The position numbers and the translations under genes were made by a program. The notes below the pieces were generated by a model that was given only the letters and a program-made list of their open reading frames with translations, did not search any database and was not told the origin of the DNA. Below are positions 18,477 to 29,220 of a stretch of 64,000 nucleotides of DNA, in pieces. Position 1 is the stretch's first letter, and every line of letters starts with the position of its first letter. Location of the stretch: NCBI GenBank assembly GCA_021786355.1, contig JAJYNK010000009.1, positions 517 to 64,516 of the forward strand, in the 5' to 3' direction. The stretch comes from a bacterium. Its GTDB lineage: Bacteria; Patescibacteriota; Minisyncoccia; UBA6257; UBA9933.

Positions 18477-19760
18477 TTATTTAAATAAATTATTTATCTG
18501 CGCGCCGGCTTGGTCAAGCGCTTGCTGGGAATTTGTTTTTCCGTTCAATACTGATTCGACCGCGTTTGAAAAAATCTGACTGGTTTGGTCGGGGTCCGGC
18601 TGATACCAGGAATCAGCAGAAAGTGCTTGGTTTGCGAAAACATTCAAATCCGGATCATTTTGATATTGCTTGATTAAAATTTTTAAAGCCGGCGGGCGTT
18701 TTGTCGCCTGAAGATATGTAAGAGAATTTTGCGGGTCGGTTGTCAGATATTTTATAAAATCCCAGGCAAGATCGGAGTTTAAACTTTTAGAAGAAACCGC
18801 CAGACCCCAATAAGCGGCGTAATTTTTAGGATTCGAAGAATCGACTTGCGGCATAGAAGCAACCGTAAAATTCAAAAGCGGATTTTTTTGTTTGAGATAC
18901 GAAATCTGATTAGCATAACCGAAAATCATCGCGGCCTGCCCCTGACTAAATAAATCAAATGAATTGCCCAGATTCTGATTCCAAACATAGTTACTGCTGG
19001 CTGGCTTGGCAAAACCTGTATAAAAATCAAATGCGTTAGTTGCTTTGCCACTAAAATCGGCTCGCATAAAGGATGGGTCGACCATCAAAGAACCGTATTG
19101 AATCATTAGCGTATTTAAAATATCGGTTCCGTTTACAATATTTTTATCAGAGCTGCCGATAGCGGCGCCTGCTTGAAAAATCTGGCCGTTGGCTTGTTTT
19201 TTTGTAAGCCGTGTCGCCAAATTCGTAAAATCACTCCAATTATCGGGCGGAAAAACAACGGCATTGGCATTAAAAATATCTTTGTTGTAAAAAAGAGCGA
19301 GCGAGTCGAGGTAAAGCGGCGAACCATAAACTCTGCCCTGATAAGTAAAATCTTTTTCAACAACCTGCGGAAAAAGTTGGCGAATATTTGCCAAAGAAAT
19401 TTGAGCGTCAGCGGCTGGCATTAGAAGATCGCCTTGCTTTAAAAGCCAGGAGTTATGGAACATCAAAATATCCGGACCCTGATTTTTCGCCATCGCTCGA
19501 ACAAATTCATTTTCAAAATCCGCTTCGGGAATTTGTTGGTATTGAATTTGAACTTTGCGGTCGTAAAGCTTGCTATAGTTGTCTATAGTGGCCTGAAAAG
19601 CGGAAACATTATCAACTCCCCAGAAAACCAGTTTTCCCGACACGGAAGTTTTGGAGCAATTTTTGGTTATAGGGATAACGCAAAAAATACTTAAGACAAC
19701 TAAAATAAGAACAATTATTCCGACCCCGAATAAAACTATTTTTGAGCGATTATTATACAC
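18477..19760 (-). CDS. Extracellular solute-binding protein (family 1, sugar ABC type)
   Basis: N-terminal anchor; GPDI, LFYNKDIF, F.QGQAAM and AWDFIKYL motifs. Confidence 0.85.
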   Translation of the reverse strand: MYNNRSKIVLFGVGIIVLILVVLSIFCVIPITKNCSKTSVSGKLVFWGVDNVSAFQATIDNYSKLYDRKVQIQYQQIPEADFENEFVRAMAKNQGPDILMFHNSWLLKQGDLLMPAADAQISLANIRQLFPQVVEKDFTYQGRVYGSPLYLDSLALFYNKDIFNANAVVFPPDNWSDFTNLATRLTKKQANGQIFQAGAAIGSSDKNIVNGTDILNTLMIQYGSLMVDPSFMRADFSGKATNAFDFYTGFAKPASSNYVWNQNLGNSFDLFSQGQAAMIFGYANQISYLKQKNPLLNFTVASMPQVDSSNPKNYAAYWGLAVSSKSLNSDLAWDFIKYLTTDPQNSLTYLQATKRPPALKILIKQYQNDPDLNVFANQALSADSWYQPDPDQTSQIFSNAVESVLNGKTNSQQALDQAGAQINNLFK

Positions 19761-19770
19761 GAGTTAATTT

Positions 19771-22257
19771 TTATAGCGTAACCGCGCCAGCCAATTTGTC
19801 TCCTCCTTTTAACGTCATTATTTTTACTCCGGAGGTGGCGCGTCCCGCAGTCCGCACGCTTTTCAAGGTCGTTTTAATAATTTGTCCTTTTGTCGAAAGC
19901 GCCAAAAGCTCGGCTTCTTCAAAAATCACTTGCGCGCTGACTATTCTCCCAGTCTTGGAATTAATCTTAGCGGTTTTTATCCCTTGGCCGCTTCGCTTTT
20001 GAACTTTGTATTGCCCAAGTGAAGTTTGTTTGGCAAAACCATTTTCCGTAACAACCAAAACTTTCAGCTTGGAAAGTTTTTCCTTCGACTCTGTATTTAT
20101 TATATCAAGTCCAACGACAAAATCATCCTTTCTTAATTTTATCGCTTTAACGCCGGTGGCAATTCTCGACATCGCCCGAAGCTGGCTTTCTTTGAATCTT
20201 ATCGATTGTCCCAGAGCGGTTACGATTAAAACTTCGTCTTTGCCCGAAGACGATTTAACCCAATGAAGCACGTCGCCTTTCTGCAAATTAATACCGATGA
20301 TTCCGGTGCGTCTGATATTGGTAAAATCCTCAAGCGGAGTTTTTTTAATGACTCCATATTTAGTAGCCATTACCAAAAATTGTCCTTCCTGGCCTTTGCT
20401 TTTAGCGGGATAACTGACTATGGCGCTGACTTTTTCTTCGGGCGGAATTTCCAAAAAGTTTTGGATGACTTTGCCTTTGGCTTGCCGCGACGCCGCTGGG
20501 ATTTCATAAACCTTCGTTTGAAACACTCTTCCTTTTTCCGTAAAAAACAAAATATTGTCGTGGCTATTGGCCGCGATAAAATGCGAAATTAAATCCTCTT
20601 CTCCGACTTCAGAACCAATCAGACCTTTGCCGCCTCTTTGCTGGCTTCTAAAAACATCGGGATTTCCTCTTTTTATGTAGCCGTTTTGGGAAAGAGTGAT
20701 AACAACTTCTTCTTCGGTGATCAAATCTTCTTCTTTAAATTCCGTGAGGCCGCCTGCGACAATTTTAGTGCGCCTTTCGTCGCCGTAATTTTTTTTGATT
20801 TCCGAAAGTTCGTCTTTTATGACTTTTAAAATTTTCTGCGGACTATGTAAAAGAGCTTCCAATTCGCTTATTAACTTTTTCTTTTCTTTAAGCTCATCTT
20901 CTATTTTCTGCCTTTCCAGCGCCGCCAAAGTCGAAAGTTTCATTTCTAAAATCGCTTCGGCTTGAATTTCGGTAAGCTTGAAACGGGAAACCAAATTTTT
21001 GCGCGCTTCTTCTTTATCCTTTGATTTCTTAATCGTCTCGATGACTTTATCTATAACCGAAAGCGCTTTCGCAAGACCCTCTAAAATATGCGCCCGCTCT
21101 TTGGCTTTGCGAAGTTCAAACTCGGCTCTTCGGCGAACAACTTCTTTTCTGTGTTCGATATACTGGGCTAAAAATTCTTTCAGCGAAAGAAGCTGGGGCT
21201 GAAGTCCGCCAACCAAAGCGATTGTGTTCAAATTAAAATTCTTTTGAAGGTCCGTGTGCTTATAAAGCTGGTTTAATATTTTTTGCGCGGGCACATCGTT
21301 TTTAAGCTCAACGACAATTCTTAGTCCGTCGCGATCGCTTTCGTCGCGCAAATCTTTTATGCCTTGAATTTTTTTGTCGGTAACAAGGCCGGCCATTTTT
21401 ATCAGAAGCTCGGACTTGTTAACTTGATAGGGGATTTCGGTGATTATTATATTGAAATTATCCTTTTTTCTTTCTTCAATTTCCGCCACCGCCCTAACTG
21501 GTATGGAACCGCGGCCGGTAGAATACGCCTCGGCTATGGATTTTTTATCGTAAATAATGCCGCCGGTCGGAAAATCAGGACCTTGAACAAACTTCAGCAA
21601 GTCCTCGGTTGTGGCTTTGGGCGAATCAATCAAATGAAGAGTAGCGTCAATAACTTCGGAAAGATTGTGCGGGGGAATGCTGGTCGCCATACCTACCGCG
21701 ATACCCGAAGAACCGTTTAAAAGAAGGTGGGGGAGCTTAGAGGGAAGCACCGACGGTTCTTTTGTGGTGCCGTCATAATTGTCCAGCCAATTAACCGTAT
21801 CCTTTTCTATATCAATAAGAAGCTCTTCGGCTATTTTTGATAAACGGCACTCAGTGTATCTGTAAGCAGCCGCTGAATCTCCGTCCTGGCTGCCGAAATT
21901 GCCTTGGCCGTCAATTAAAGGATAACGAAGAGAAAAGTCCTGGGCCATTCTAACCAACGCGTCGTACACGGAAATATCGCCGTGCGGGTGATAGCTTTTT
22001 AACGTATCTCCGATAACCGAGGCGGATTTCCTATATTTGGCGCTCGCTCTTAGTCCGCTTTCCCACATTGCCCAAAGAATTCTTCGCTGAACCGGCTTTA
22101 AGCCGTCTCTGACATCCGGCAAAGCTCGCGAAACAATAACCGACATCGCGTAATCAAGATATGACTCTTGAAGCTCGTCGGATATTTCTCGCTTTTCAAT
22201 TCCTGAGCCGACGCGAGAACTGCTTTGATTATTTTCCGGTAATTTATCTTTTTTCAT
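19771..22257 (-). CDS. gyrA: DNA gyrase subunit A
   Basis: [26 protein letters not shown], GyrA-box QQRGGKG. Confidence 0.98.
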   Translation of the reverse strand: MKKDKLPENNQSSSRVGSGIEKREISDELQESYLDYAMSVIVSRALPDVRDGLKPVQRRILWAMWESGLRASAKYRKSASVIGDTLKSYHPHGDISVYDALVRMAQDFSLRYPLIDGQGNFGSQDGDSAAAYRYTECRLSKIAEELLIDIEKDTVNWLDNYDGTTKEPSVLPSKLPHLLLNGSSGIAVGMATSIPPHNLSEVIDATLHLIDSPKATTEDLLKFVQGPDFPTGGIIYDKKSIAEAYSTGRGSIPVRAVAEIEERKKDNFNIIITEIPYQVNKSELLIKMAGLVTDKKIQGIKDLRDESDRDGLRIVVELKNDVPAQKILNQLYKHTDLQKNFNLNTIALVGGLQPQLLSLKEFLAQYIEHRKEVVRRRAEFELRKAKERAHILEGLAKALSVIDKVIETIKKSKDKEEARKNLVSRFKLTEIQAEAILEMKLSTLAALERQKIEDELKEKKKLISELEALLHSPQKILKVIKDELSEIKKNYGDERRTKIVAGGLTEFKEEDLITEEEVVITLSQNGYIKRGNPDVFRSQQRGGKGLIGSEVGEEDLISHFIAANSHDNILFFTEKGRVFQTKVYEIPAASRQAKGKVIQNFLEIPPEEKVSAIVSYPAKSKGQEGQFLVMATKYGVIKKTPLEDFTNIRRTGIIGINLQKGDVLHWVKSSSGKDEVLIVTALGQSIRFKESQLRAMSRIATGVKAIKLRKDDFVVGLDIINTESKEKLSKLKVLVVTENGFAKQTSLGQYKVQKRSGQGIKTAKINSKTGRIVSAQVIFEEAELLALSTKGQIIKTTLKSVRTAGRATSGVKIMTLKGGDKLAGAVTL

Positions 22258-22267
22258 ACGCTTTGCT

Positions 22268-22576
22268 TTACTGATTTTGTATATTTATAATTCTTTCGCC
22301 GCCGATTTTTGGTATTTTTGAATATAAATCGGAAGTTAATTCGCTAAATTTATATTTAATTGATTGGCCGATAACTGCCGCGCCGTTTTTAAAAACCGGC
22401 CAAAACGAAGTTTCGCGAGTTTCGTCCGCTTTGGAAGTCCCCACTTCTTTAATATAGGAACTCATATACCAAATCCAAAAAAAAATAACAATAATCATTG
22501 AAACCGCGCTTAAAAAAATAATCGCTTTTTTCTTTTTTTCTTCATTGGAATGCCTTATTTTACTTAACCAACTCAT
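22268..22576 (-). CDS. Small hypothetical membrane protein
   Basis: Single transmembrane helix; operon position. Confidence 0.7.
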   Translation of the reverse strand: MSWLSKIRHSNEEKKKKAIIFLSAVSMIIVIFFWIWYMSSYIKEVGTSKADETRETSFWPVFKNGAAVIGQSIKYKFSELTSDLYSKIPKIGGERIINIQNQ

Positions 22577-22585
22577 AAATCATTG

Positions 22586-23212
22586 CTAAATCGTCAATAC
22601 TACGACTTTTGTAGGCTTAATTTCCTCGATGTCTTTTTTCTTTATAACCAGCTTGTCCGTTTTTTCAACTTTCGCGGTATCTATTTCTTCCAAAAACTTT
22701 TTAATGTCGTCCGCCTTCCTTTTTAATCCGGGAACCTTATAAAAGGCGGGGATAACTATTTTCGGCTGAATCTGCTTTATCAATTTAACTGCGGTTTTTT
22801 GATCCAAAAACGGCTCGCCTCCCGCAGGCACAACCAAAATATCGATTCCGTTTAACCCTTCCATTATTTCCGGGGAAAGCGCTTGGGAAATATGCCCCAA
22901 AAAACAAAAATTTATCCCTTCCATTTCTGCCCAATAAATGGTTTTTAAAAATTTTTCAGATGATTCTTCCGCGACAAAAAAACCCTTAACGTTTACGCCG
23001 TTAAAATCATATTCTCCGGCTCCTAAAACTTCCGCGGCAGCTTCCTTGTCGGAATTATAAGACAAAGGAAAGGCGGTTAAAGTTTTTAAAACCGCGTCGT
23101 ATTTAAAACGCGGAGCTGTCAAACCGCTAGAGGACTCAATCGGATCTATTAAAATAACTTGGTCGCCGGATTGCAATTTTAAGCATCCTTCGCCGTAATA
23201 AGAAATAACCAT
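22586..23212 (-). CDS. MBL-fold metallo-hydrolase-like protein (metal motif degenerate)
   Basis: ISYYGEGC, ILIDP, GAGEY, FLGHI, IDIL.VPAGG, PKIVIP. Confidence 0.8.
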   Translation of the reverse strand: MVISYYGEGCLKLQSGDQVILIDPIESSSGLTAPRFKYDAVLKTLTAFPLSYNSDKEAAAEVLGAGEYDFNGVNVKGFFVAEESSEKFLKTIYWAEMEGINFCFLGHISQALSPEIMEGLNGIDILVVPAGGEPFLDQKTAVKLIKQIQPKIVIPAFYKVPGLKRKADDIKKFLEEIDTAKVEKTDKLVIKKKDIEEIKPTKVVVLTI

Positions 23213-23222
23213 AACAAAAGAA

Positions 23223-23334
23223 TATCGCGTAGCCTTTAGGCGAAGCCTATATCGCGCCGAAGGCGCATTTATCCATAAATATCAGGAGGATACTTATAGA
23301 TATAGTTGATATTTGCTCGCTGACGCTCGCGATA
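23223..23334. repeat. TATCGCG...CGCGATA hairpin element
   Basis: Terminal inverted repeat and inner CTATATC/GATATAG; shares ATATTTGCTCGC with the 8019-8284 element. Confidence 0.5.
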
Positions 23335-23409
23335 CTATAATTCACTATACCAGAGAAGCCCTTGCTTTTCAATTCCTTTTTGATTACAATTTTTCTCTAT
23401 ACTATATAT

Positions 23410-24519
23410 ATGACCGAAACTACAACGTTGCAAAACGATAAACAACTATCGGCAATGAACCAGCTTGCCAAAGCAGCCCCTAACATACTGAGCTTTTTAA
23501 AGCAGGGCGACCTGATAGAAGCCAAACTTTTGGCCCGGACACCGAAAGCGGTTCATTTTGATTTAGGCAAATACGGAACCGGCATCGTATACGGAATCGA
23601 ACTTTTAAACGCCAAAACCATAATTAAAAATCTTAAAGTTGGCGATCCGGTTAACGCCAAAATATCCGAAATAGAAAACAGCGATGGCTTTGTGGAACTG
23701 TCTTTGGCAAACGCCCATCATCAAAAAAATTGGCAGGAACTGGAGGATTTAAAGGAAAAAAACGAGCCCATCGCAATAAAAATAACCGGCGCCAACAGCG
23801 GCGGACTGGTGGCGGAACTTTTGGGAATCAAAGCGTTTTTGCCGGTTTCCCATCTTTCGTCCGAACATTACCCGCGGGTGGAAAAAGCGGACAAAGGCAA
23901 AATTTTGTCTGAATTAAAAAAATTATTGGGCCAGGAATTAAACGTTAAAATAATCGACCTGAACCATCGAACCAATAAATTAATAATATCCGAGAGGGAG
24001 GCGGTTGAAGGAAGCGCCAAAGACTTAATAGCTAAATATAAGGTGGGCGACGTTATTAACGGAATAATTACCGGCATCGCCGATTTCGGAGCTTTTGTCC
24101 GGTTCGCCGACAACCCGGCTATTGAAGGGTTGATACACGTTAGCGAACTTGACTGGCGACTAATAGACAATCCCAAAGAAATAGTCCAAATAAATGAAGC
24201 TGTTGCCGCGAAAATAATAGAAATAAAAGAAGACCGGGTTTTCCTTTCTTTGAAAGCGCTAAAAACCAATCCATGGGAAGAAGCCGCCGGCAAACTTAAA
24301 GAAGGTCAGGAGATTACGGGCGCTGTCCATAAATTCAATCCGTTCGGCGCTTATGTGGATTTAGAAGACGGCTTATGGGGACTGATACACGTTTCGGAAT
24401 TCGAATCGCTCGAAAAAATGAGAGACGAACTTGAAATCGGAAAAAAATACAACTTTATAATCGAATCCATAAAATCGGACGAAAAAAGAATCGTTCTGAA
24501 ACTAAAAAAAGAAGAGTAA
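23410..24519 (+). CDS. rpsA: 30S ribosomal protein S1-like protein (four S1 domains)
   Basis: AFLPVSHL, FGAFV...GLIHVSEL, FGAYV...GLIHVSE; likely ATG at 23410. Confidence 0.9.
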   Translation: MTETTTLQNDKQLSAMNQLAKAAPNILSFLKQGDLIEAKLLARTPKAVHFDLGKYGTGIVYGIELLNAKTIIKNLKVGDPVNAKISEIENSDGFVELSLANAHHQKNWQELEDLKEKNEPIAIKITGANSGGLVAELLGIKAFLPVSHLSSEHYPRVEKADKGKILSELKKLLGQELNVKIIDLNHRTNKLIISEREAVEGSAKDLIAKYKVGDVINGIITGIADFGAFVRFADNPAIEGLIHVSELDWRLIDNPKEIVQINEAVAAKIIEIKEDRVFLSLKALKTNPWEEAAGKLKEGQEITGAVHKFNPFGAYVDLEDGLWGLIHVSEFESLEKMRDELEIGKKYNFIIESIKSDEKRIVLKLKKEE

Positions 24520-24521
24520 AT

Positions 24522-24550
24522 AAAAACGGTCGCCTAAGGCGACCGTTTTT
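24522..24550. terminator. Intrinsic terminator
   Basis: AAAAACGGTCGCC-taa-GGCGACCGTTTTT. Confidence 0.8.
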
Positions 24551-24587
24551 GTGTTGGAATTATAAATATAAAGTTGTAAAATAGTTA

Positions 24588-25949
24588 TTGATGAAATTAA
24601 CTTTTTGCGGCGGGGCCGGTGAAGTAACTGGCGCCAATTATTTATTGGAAAGCGAAGGCGCGAAAGTTTTGATTGACTGCGGGCTTATTCAAGGCGGAAC
24701 TTTTTGCGATCCAAAAAATTTCGAGGACTTTCCTTACGACCCGAAAACCATCGACGCGGTTTTTGTTACGCACGCGCATATCGACCACACCGGCCGGTTG
24801 CCGCTTTTGTATAAAAGAAATTTTAAAGGAACTATTTATTCTACGCCGCCGACAAAAGATTTTGCCGAACATCTCCTGATAGACTCGGAGGGTATTTTAA
24901 GAAAAGAATTTTTGAGAGAGAAAAAACCTCCGCTTTATTCCCTTTCCGATATAAACGAAACATTGAAGCTTTGGAAAAAAATCAGTTATCACGAAACTCT
25001 TCGCGTCAAAAATTTGATAATCGAATTTTTCGACGCCGGCCATATTTTGGGCTCTTCTTTTATTTCCATAACTTCCGACAGCGGAAAAAAAATCGTTTTT
25101 TCCGGAGATCTGGGAAACTACTCGGCGCCGATGATTAAGGACACGGAGCCAATACCGGCCGCCGATTACGTATTGATTGAATCCACTTACGGCAACCGCT
25201 TGCACGGAGATTTTTCAAAAAGAAAAGATGAACTGGAAGACGCCATTGAAGAAACGGTAAAAAATAACGGCGTGCTGTTAATTCCGGCTTTTGCGATGGA
25301 AAGAACGCAAGAACTTTTATATGAATTGAACGATCTGGTCGAAAAAGGGAAAATTCCGAGAGTGCCGATTTTTATAGACAGCCCGCTGGCCATAAGACTG
25401 ACTGATGTTTATAAAAAATTCTCCCAAAATCCCCTTTATTTCGATACCGAAGCCATTAGCCGGCTTCAAGGGGGCGACGCTATTTTCGATTTTCCGGGGC
25501 TAAGAACATCGCTAACCGTCGAACAATCCAAAGAAATCAATTTCATAAAACCGCCGAAAATAATAATTGCCGGCTCGGGAATGAGTAACGGCGGAAGAAT
25601 AATTTTTCACGAACAGCTTTATTTGTCAGATCCCAGAAACGCGATTTTGTTTATCGGCTACCAAGGCAAAGGAACTTTGGGAAGAAGCATCCAAGACGGC
25701 GCCAAGAAAGCAAAAATTTTCGGACAAAGCGTGGATGTAAATTGCAAAATAAAAGAAATAAGCGCTTACTCGGCGCACGCCGACCAGGCAAAACTTTTGG
25801 GGTGGATAAAACCGATCCGCGAATCTATACAAAAAGTTTTCATCGTACAGGGCGAAGAAGAAGAAATGATTCCTCTTGCCAATAAAATAAAAAACGAGAT
25901 GACGATCGACACATTAATCCCCAAAGAAGGAGAGTCTGTTGTGTTATAA
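24588..25949 (+). CDS. Beta-CASP metallo-beta-lactamase RNA-processing nuclease
   Basis: THAHIDH, AGHILGS, FSGDLG, ESTYG, SAHAD. Confidence 0.92.
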   Translation: MMKLTFCGGAGEVTGANYLLESEGAKVLIDCGLIQGGTFCDPKNFEDFPYDPKTIDAVFVTHAHIDHTGRLPLLYKRNFKGTIYSTPPTKDFAEHLLIDSEGILRKEFLREKKPPLYSLSDINETLKLWKKISYHETLRVKNLIIEFFDAGHILGSSFISITSDSGKKIVFSGDLGNYSAPMIKDTEPIPAADYVLIESTYGNRLHGDFSKRKDELEDAIEETVKNNGVLLIPAFAMERTQELLYELNDLVEKGKIPRVPIFIDSPLAIRLTDVYKKFSQNPLYFDTEAISRLQGGDAIFDFPGLRTSLTVEQSKEINFIKPPKIIIAGSGMSNGGRIIFHEQLYLSDPRNAILFIGYQGKGTLGRSIQDGAKKAKIFGQSVDVNCKIKEISAYSAHADQAKLLGWIKPIRESIQKVFIVQGEEEEMIPLANKIKNEMTIDTLIPKEGESVVL

Positions 25950-25956
25950 TTAAATA

Positions 25957-26970
25957 ATGCTTAATAAAGAAATACATCTCTCTTCTAAAATTTTTGAAAA
26001 TCATAACGAAAAGGCGCTTCGAGACGGATTCGGCGAAGGCTTAATGGAGCTCGGGGAAGAAAATAAAGACGTGGTTGTCTTGTGCGCGGATTTAAAAGAA
26101 TCAACACGTTGCCACTGGTTTGCCGATAAATTTCCCGAAAGATTTTTCGAAATCGGCGTCGCGGAACAAAACATGGCGACAATCGCCGCCGGACTGGGAG
26201 TAGCCGGAAAAATTCCTTTTATTTCTTCTTATGCGGTTTTTTCTCCTGGCAGAAATTGGGAGCAAATAAGAACTACAATCGCTTACAACGATTCGAACGT
26301 AAAAATTGCGGGACATCACGCCGGAATTTCAACCGGAGCTGACGGCGCAACCCACCAGGCAACCGAAGACATCGCCACAATGCGGGCGATGGCAAATATG
26401 AAAGTAATCGTTCCGTTTGACTATGAAGAGGCAAAAAAAGCGACTATAGCGGCTGCCAAAATCTGGGGCCCGGTTTATATAAGATTGGCGCGAGAGAAAA
26501 CTCCGGAAATAACAACAAGCAAAACCCGTTTTGTTCCGGGAAAATCCTATATCTTATGGGAATCAAACCCTTCGACGAGCTCAGGACGGAGAAAACCGCA
26601 GGCGGTAATTATCGGCGCCGGACCGTTGCTCTATAACGCGCTTTTGGCGGCAAAAGAACTGGAAAAAGAAAAAATCGGGGTGGTAGTTTTAAATTCTCAC
26701 ACCATAAAACCTCTTGATGAAAATAAAATCGTTGAATTGGCAAAAAAATATCGGGCAATCGTAACAGTTGAAGAACATACTATAATAGGAGGGCTGGGAT
26801 CGGCCGTAGCCGAAGTTTTGGCAAAACACGCGCCAACGGCAATGGAGTTTGTGGGCATACAAGATGTTTTTGGCCAAAGCGGAGAGCCAAAAGAATTGAT
26901 TAGCAAATATGGCATGGGAACAAAAGACATAGAAAATGCCGTTAAAAAGGTTTTAAAAAGAAAAAGATAA
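25957..26970 (+). CDS. Transketolase C-terminal subunit
   Basis: GVAEQNM, GADGATHQ, GPVYIRL, TIKPLD, VEEH...GGLGSAV. Confidence 0.93.
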   Translation: MLNKEIHLSSKIFENHNEKALRDGFGEGLMELGEENKDVVVLCADLKESTRCHWFADKFPERFFEIGVAEQNMATIAAGLGVAGKIPFISSYAVFSPGRNWEQIRTTIAYNDSNVKIAGHHAGISTGADGATHQATEDIATMRAMANMKVIVPFDYEEAKKATIAAAKIWGPVYIRLAREKTPEITTSKTRFVPGKSYILWESNPSTSSGRRKPQAVIIGAGPLLYNALLAAKELEKEKIGVVVLNSHTIKPLDENKIVELAKKYRAIVTVEEHTIIGGLGSAVAEVLAKHAPTAMEFVGIQDVFGQSGEPKELISKYGMGTKDIENAVKKVLKRKR

Positions 26971-26990
26971 TCAAAACACTGGGGAGTTGA

Positions 26991-27298
26991 CCCCGCACCT
27001 TTTAAGCTCACAATCGTTTTTTGAAAATGTATTACATGTATATACTAAAAAGCAAGGTTAATGGTGAATTGTATATAGGAAGCACCGGTAACATCAAAAA
27101 ACGATTAGAAGAGCATAATTTGGGAAAGGAAAAAGCTACCAAAAGTTATAAACCTTGGAAAATCGTTTATCTAGAAGGCTATTTTTCTGAAAATGACGCC
27201 AGAACCAGAGAACACAATCTTAAACACTTCGGCAAGGTTTATTCCCAGCTGAAACGAAGAATTAAAAATAGCCTTCAAGAGTCTTAAAAGGTGCGGGG
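26991..27298 (+). mobile_element. 308-bp inverted-repeat element carrying a GIY-YIG nuclease gene
   Basis: 16-bp perfect inverted repeat CCCCGCACCTTTTAAG/CTTAAAAGGTGCGGGG; TTGA on both flanks. Confidence 0.8.
27021..27287 (+). CDS. GIY-YIG nuclease (small stand-alone type)
   Basis: YYMYIL...LYIGST...KRL..HN...ARTRE; the stop codon lies inside the right inverted repeat. Confidence 0.92.
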   Translation: MKMYYMYILKSKVNGELYIGSTGNIKKRLEEHNLGKEKATKSYKPWKIVYLEGYFSENDARTREHNLKHFGKVYSQLKRRIKNSLQES

Positions 27299-27346
27299 TT
27301 GATGATATAATAAAAGCGACAAAACGGGCGATCAGGAGAAAATAAT

Positions 27347-28387
27347 ATGTTCGACATAATCACCATAGGAACCGCGACTCAAGACGTTTTTTTGACCGGC
27401 AAACTTTTTAAAGTCATAAAAGATCCAAAACACTTGGAAAAAATCGGAATCTTAACCGGAGAAGCCGAGTGTTTTGCTTTGGGCTCGAAAATAGAAATAG
27501 AAAAACCGGTTTTTTCCATCGGCGGAGGAGCGGCAAACGCGGCCGTAACCTTTAGCCGACAAGGATTAAAAACAGCTTCTTTGATAAAGCTGGGGAAAGA
27601 CCCGGAAGCCGAATCTATTTTGAAAGAATTGAAAAGGGAAAAAGTTTTCCCGCTTCCTATTTATGACAAAAAGTTGAGCACTGCTTATTCAGTCGTGCTT
27701 CTTGCGCCGTCAGGAGAAAGAACCATTTTGGTTTACAGAGGCGCCTCAAAATATTTAAAAATAAGCGAAATTCCTTTTAATAAAATAAGATCCCGCTGGG
27801 CTTACATTTCTCCGGGAAACATTCCGTTTCCAACACTTCTAAAAATTTATTCACACCTGAAAAAACAAAATACGCTTATCGCCATAAATCCATCAAAACA
27901 TCTTATGGAAATGGGCATTAAAAAACTTGAGCCGATCTTATCGAAAAGCAAAGTTGTGATTTTAAACCGCGAAGAAGCGTCTTGTCTTACGAAAACTAAA
28001 TACCAGAACGAAAAAGAAATTTTCCGGCGACTGGACAAAGCCGTTTTAGGAATAGCGGTGATGACCGACGGACCAAAAGGAGTTATCGTTTCGGACGGAA
28101 GAAAAATATATCAAGCCGGAACTTTTAAAAACAAAAAAGTTGTCGACGAGACAGGAGCGGGCGATTCTTTCGGAAGCGGATTTGTTTGCGGGCTAATTCG
28201 CAAAAAAGAAAGATGCGATAAAAATAAATGCGTACCCGCCAACATCACTTACGCGATACGGCTCGCTACGGCAAACGCAATTTCAAATCTTGAAAAAATC
28301 GGGGCCACGGAAGGGCTGCTGACAAAAAACGACTTTGAAAAAAATCCAAGGTGGAAAACCTTAAAAATAAAGATTAATGATATTTGA
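27347..28387 (+). CDS. PfkB family carbohydrate kinase
   Basis: GGGAANAA, NREEA, DETGAGDSF. Confidence 0.93.
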   Translation: MFDIITIGTATQDVFLTGKLFKVIKDPKHLEKIGILTGEAECFALGSKIEIEKPVFSIGGGAANAAVTFSRQGLKTASLIKLGKDPEAESILKELKREKVFPLPIYDKKLSTAYSVVLLAPSGERTILVYRGASKYLKISEIPFNKIRSRWAYISPGNIPFPTLLKIYSHLKKQNTLIAINPSKHLMEMGIKKLEPILSKSKVVILNREEASCLTKTKYQNEKEIFRRLDKAVLGIAVMTDGPKGVIVSDGRKIYQAGTFKNKKVVDETGAGDSFGSGFVCGLIRKKERCDKNKCVPANITYAIRLATANAISNLEKIGATEGLLTKNDFEKNPRWKTLKIKINDI

Positions 28388-28461
28388 ACTTCGCGCCTAA
28401 TTATTTTTCTTTTGCAATTTGGAATTTAACTTTTTTTAGTGTTAAATAGATAAACAATGAA

Positions 28462-28579
28462 TCCCGTTAGAAATAATGAACAATATGACTTTATGTTATC
28501 AAATACTTTAATTTATAAAAACGTCGATTATTTAGCATTATTTAACTTTGGCACATTTTTTGTGCAATTTCTAACGGGA
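28462..28579. mobile_element. Inverted-repeat element (GTTAGA/TCTAAC type) at a start codon
   Basis: TCCCGTTAGAAAT/ATTTCTAACGGGA; TGAA on both flanks. Confidence 0.8.
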
Positions 28580-29163
28580 TGAACAACATAGAAAATTATC
28601 GAAAACCTAAAATCTGCGTTTCCGGAACCGCAGAATTAAGCGATTTCAGCGAAAATACTAATTTAATCGCCGAAAAATTAGGCGAGGAAATAGCCAAACA
28701 AGGCGCGATTTTGGTTGATGGAGCAACAACCGGTTTTCCGCAATGGGCGGCAAAAGGCGCAAAAAATGTCGGGGGCTTTGTAATCGGATTTTCGCCGGCG
28801 GACACGGAAAAAAACCACGTTGAATTATTCGGACTGCCGACCGATTACCACGATATGATAGTTTATACCGGCTTCCATTATTCAGGGCGGAATTTAATTC
28901 TTACTCGATCTTCCGATGCGGTTATTGTCGGTCCGGGAAGAATCGGCACAATCAACGAATTCACCATAGCTTTTGAAGACAACAAGCCTTTGGGAATTTT
29001 ACAAGGCGATTGGGACACGGACGAAACTTTTAAAATGCTTATTGAAAAATCTCACCGCGCCCAGGAAAGGAAAGGAAAAATATTTTTTGATTCTAATCCT
29101 AAATCGTTGGTTGAAAAAATAATCGAAGCTATCAATAAAGAGACTTTAAAATACGAAAAATGA
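28579..29163 (+). CDS. LOG/SLOG family nucleotide-binding protein
   Basis: ICVSG, GATTG.P..AA.GA, GRNL.L.RSSD, GRIGT.NE. Confidence 0.85.
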   Translation: MNNIENYRKPKICVSGTAELSDFSENTNLIAEKLGEEIAKQGAILVDGATTGFPQWAAKGAKNVGGFVIGFSPADTEKNHVELFGLPTDYHDMIVYTGFHYSGRNLILTRSSDAVIVGPGRIGTINEFTIAFEDNKPLGILQGDWDTDETFKMLIEKSHRAQERKGKIFFDSNPKSLVEKIIEAINKETLKYEK

Positions 29164-29220
29164 CCCCAATTATTCGATGATCTTAAAAGGTCGAGAATAA
29201 ATTCATCGGGACAAATAAAA

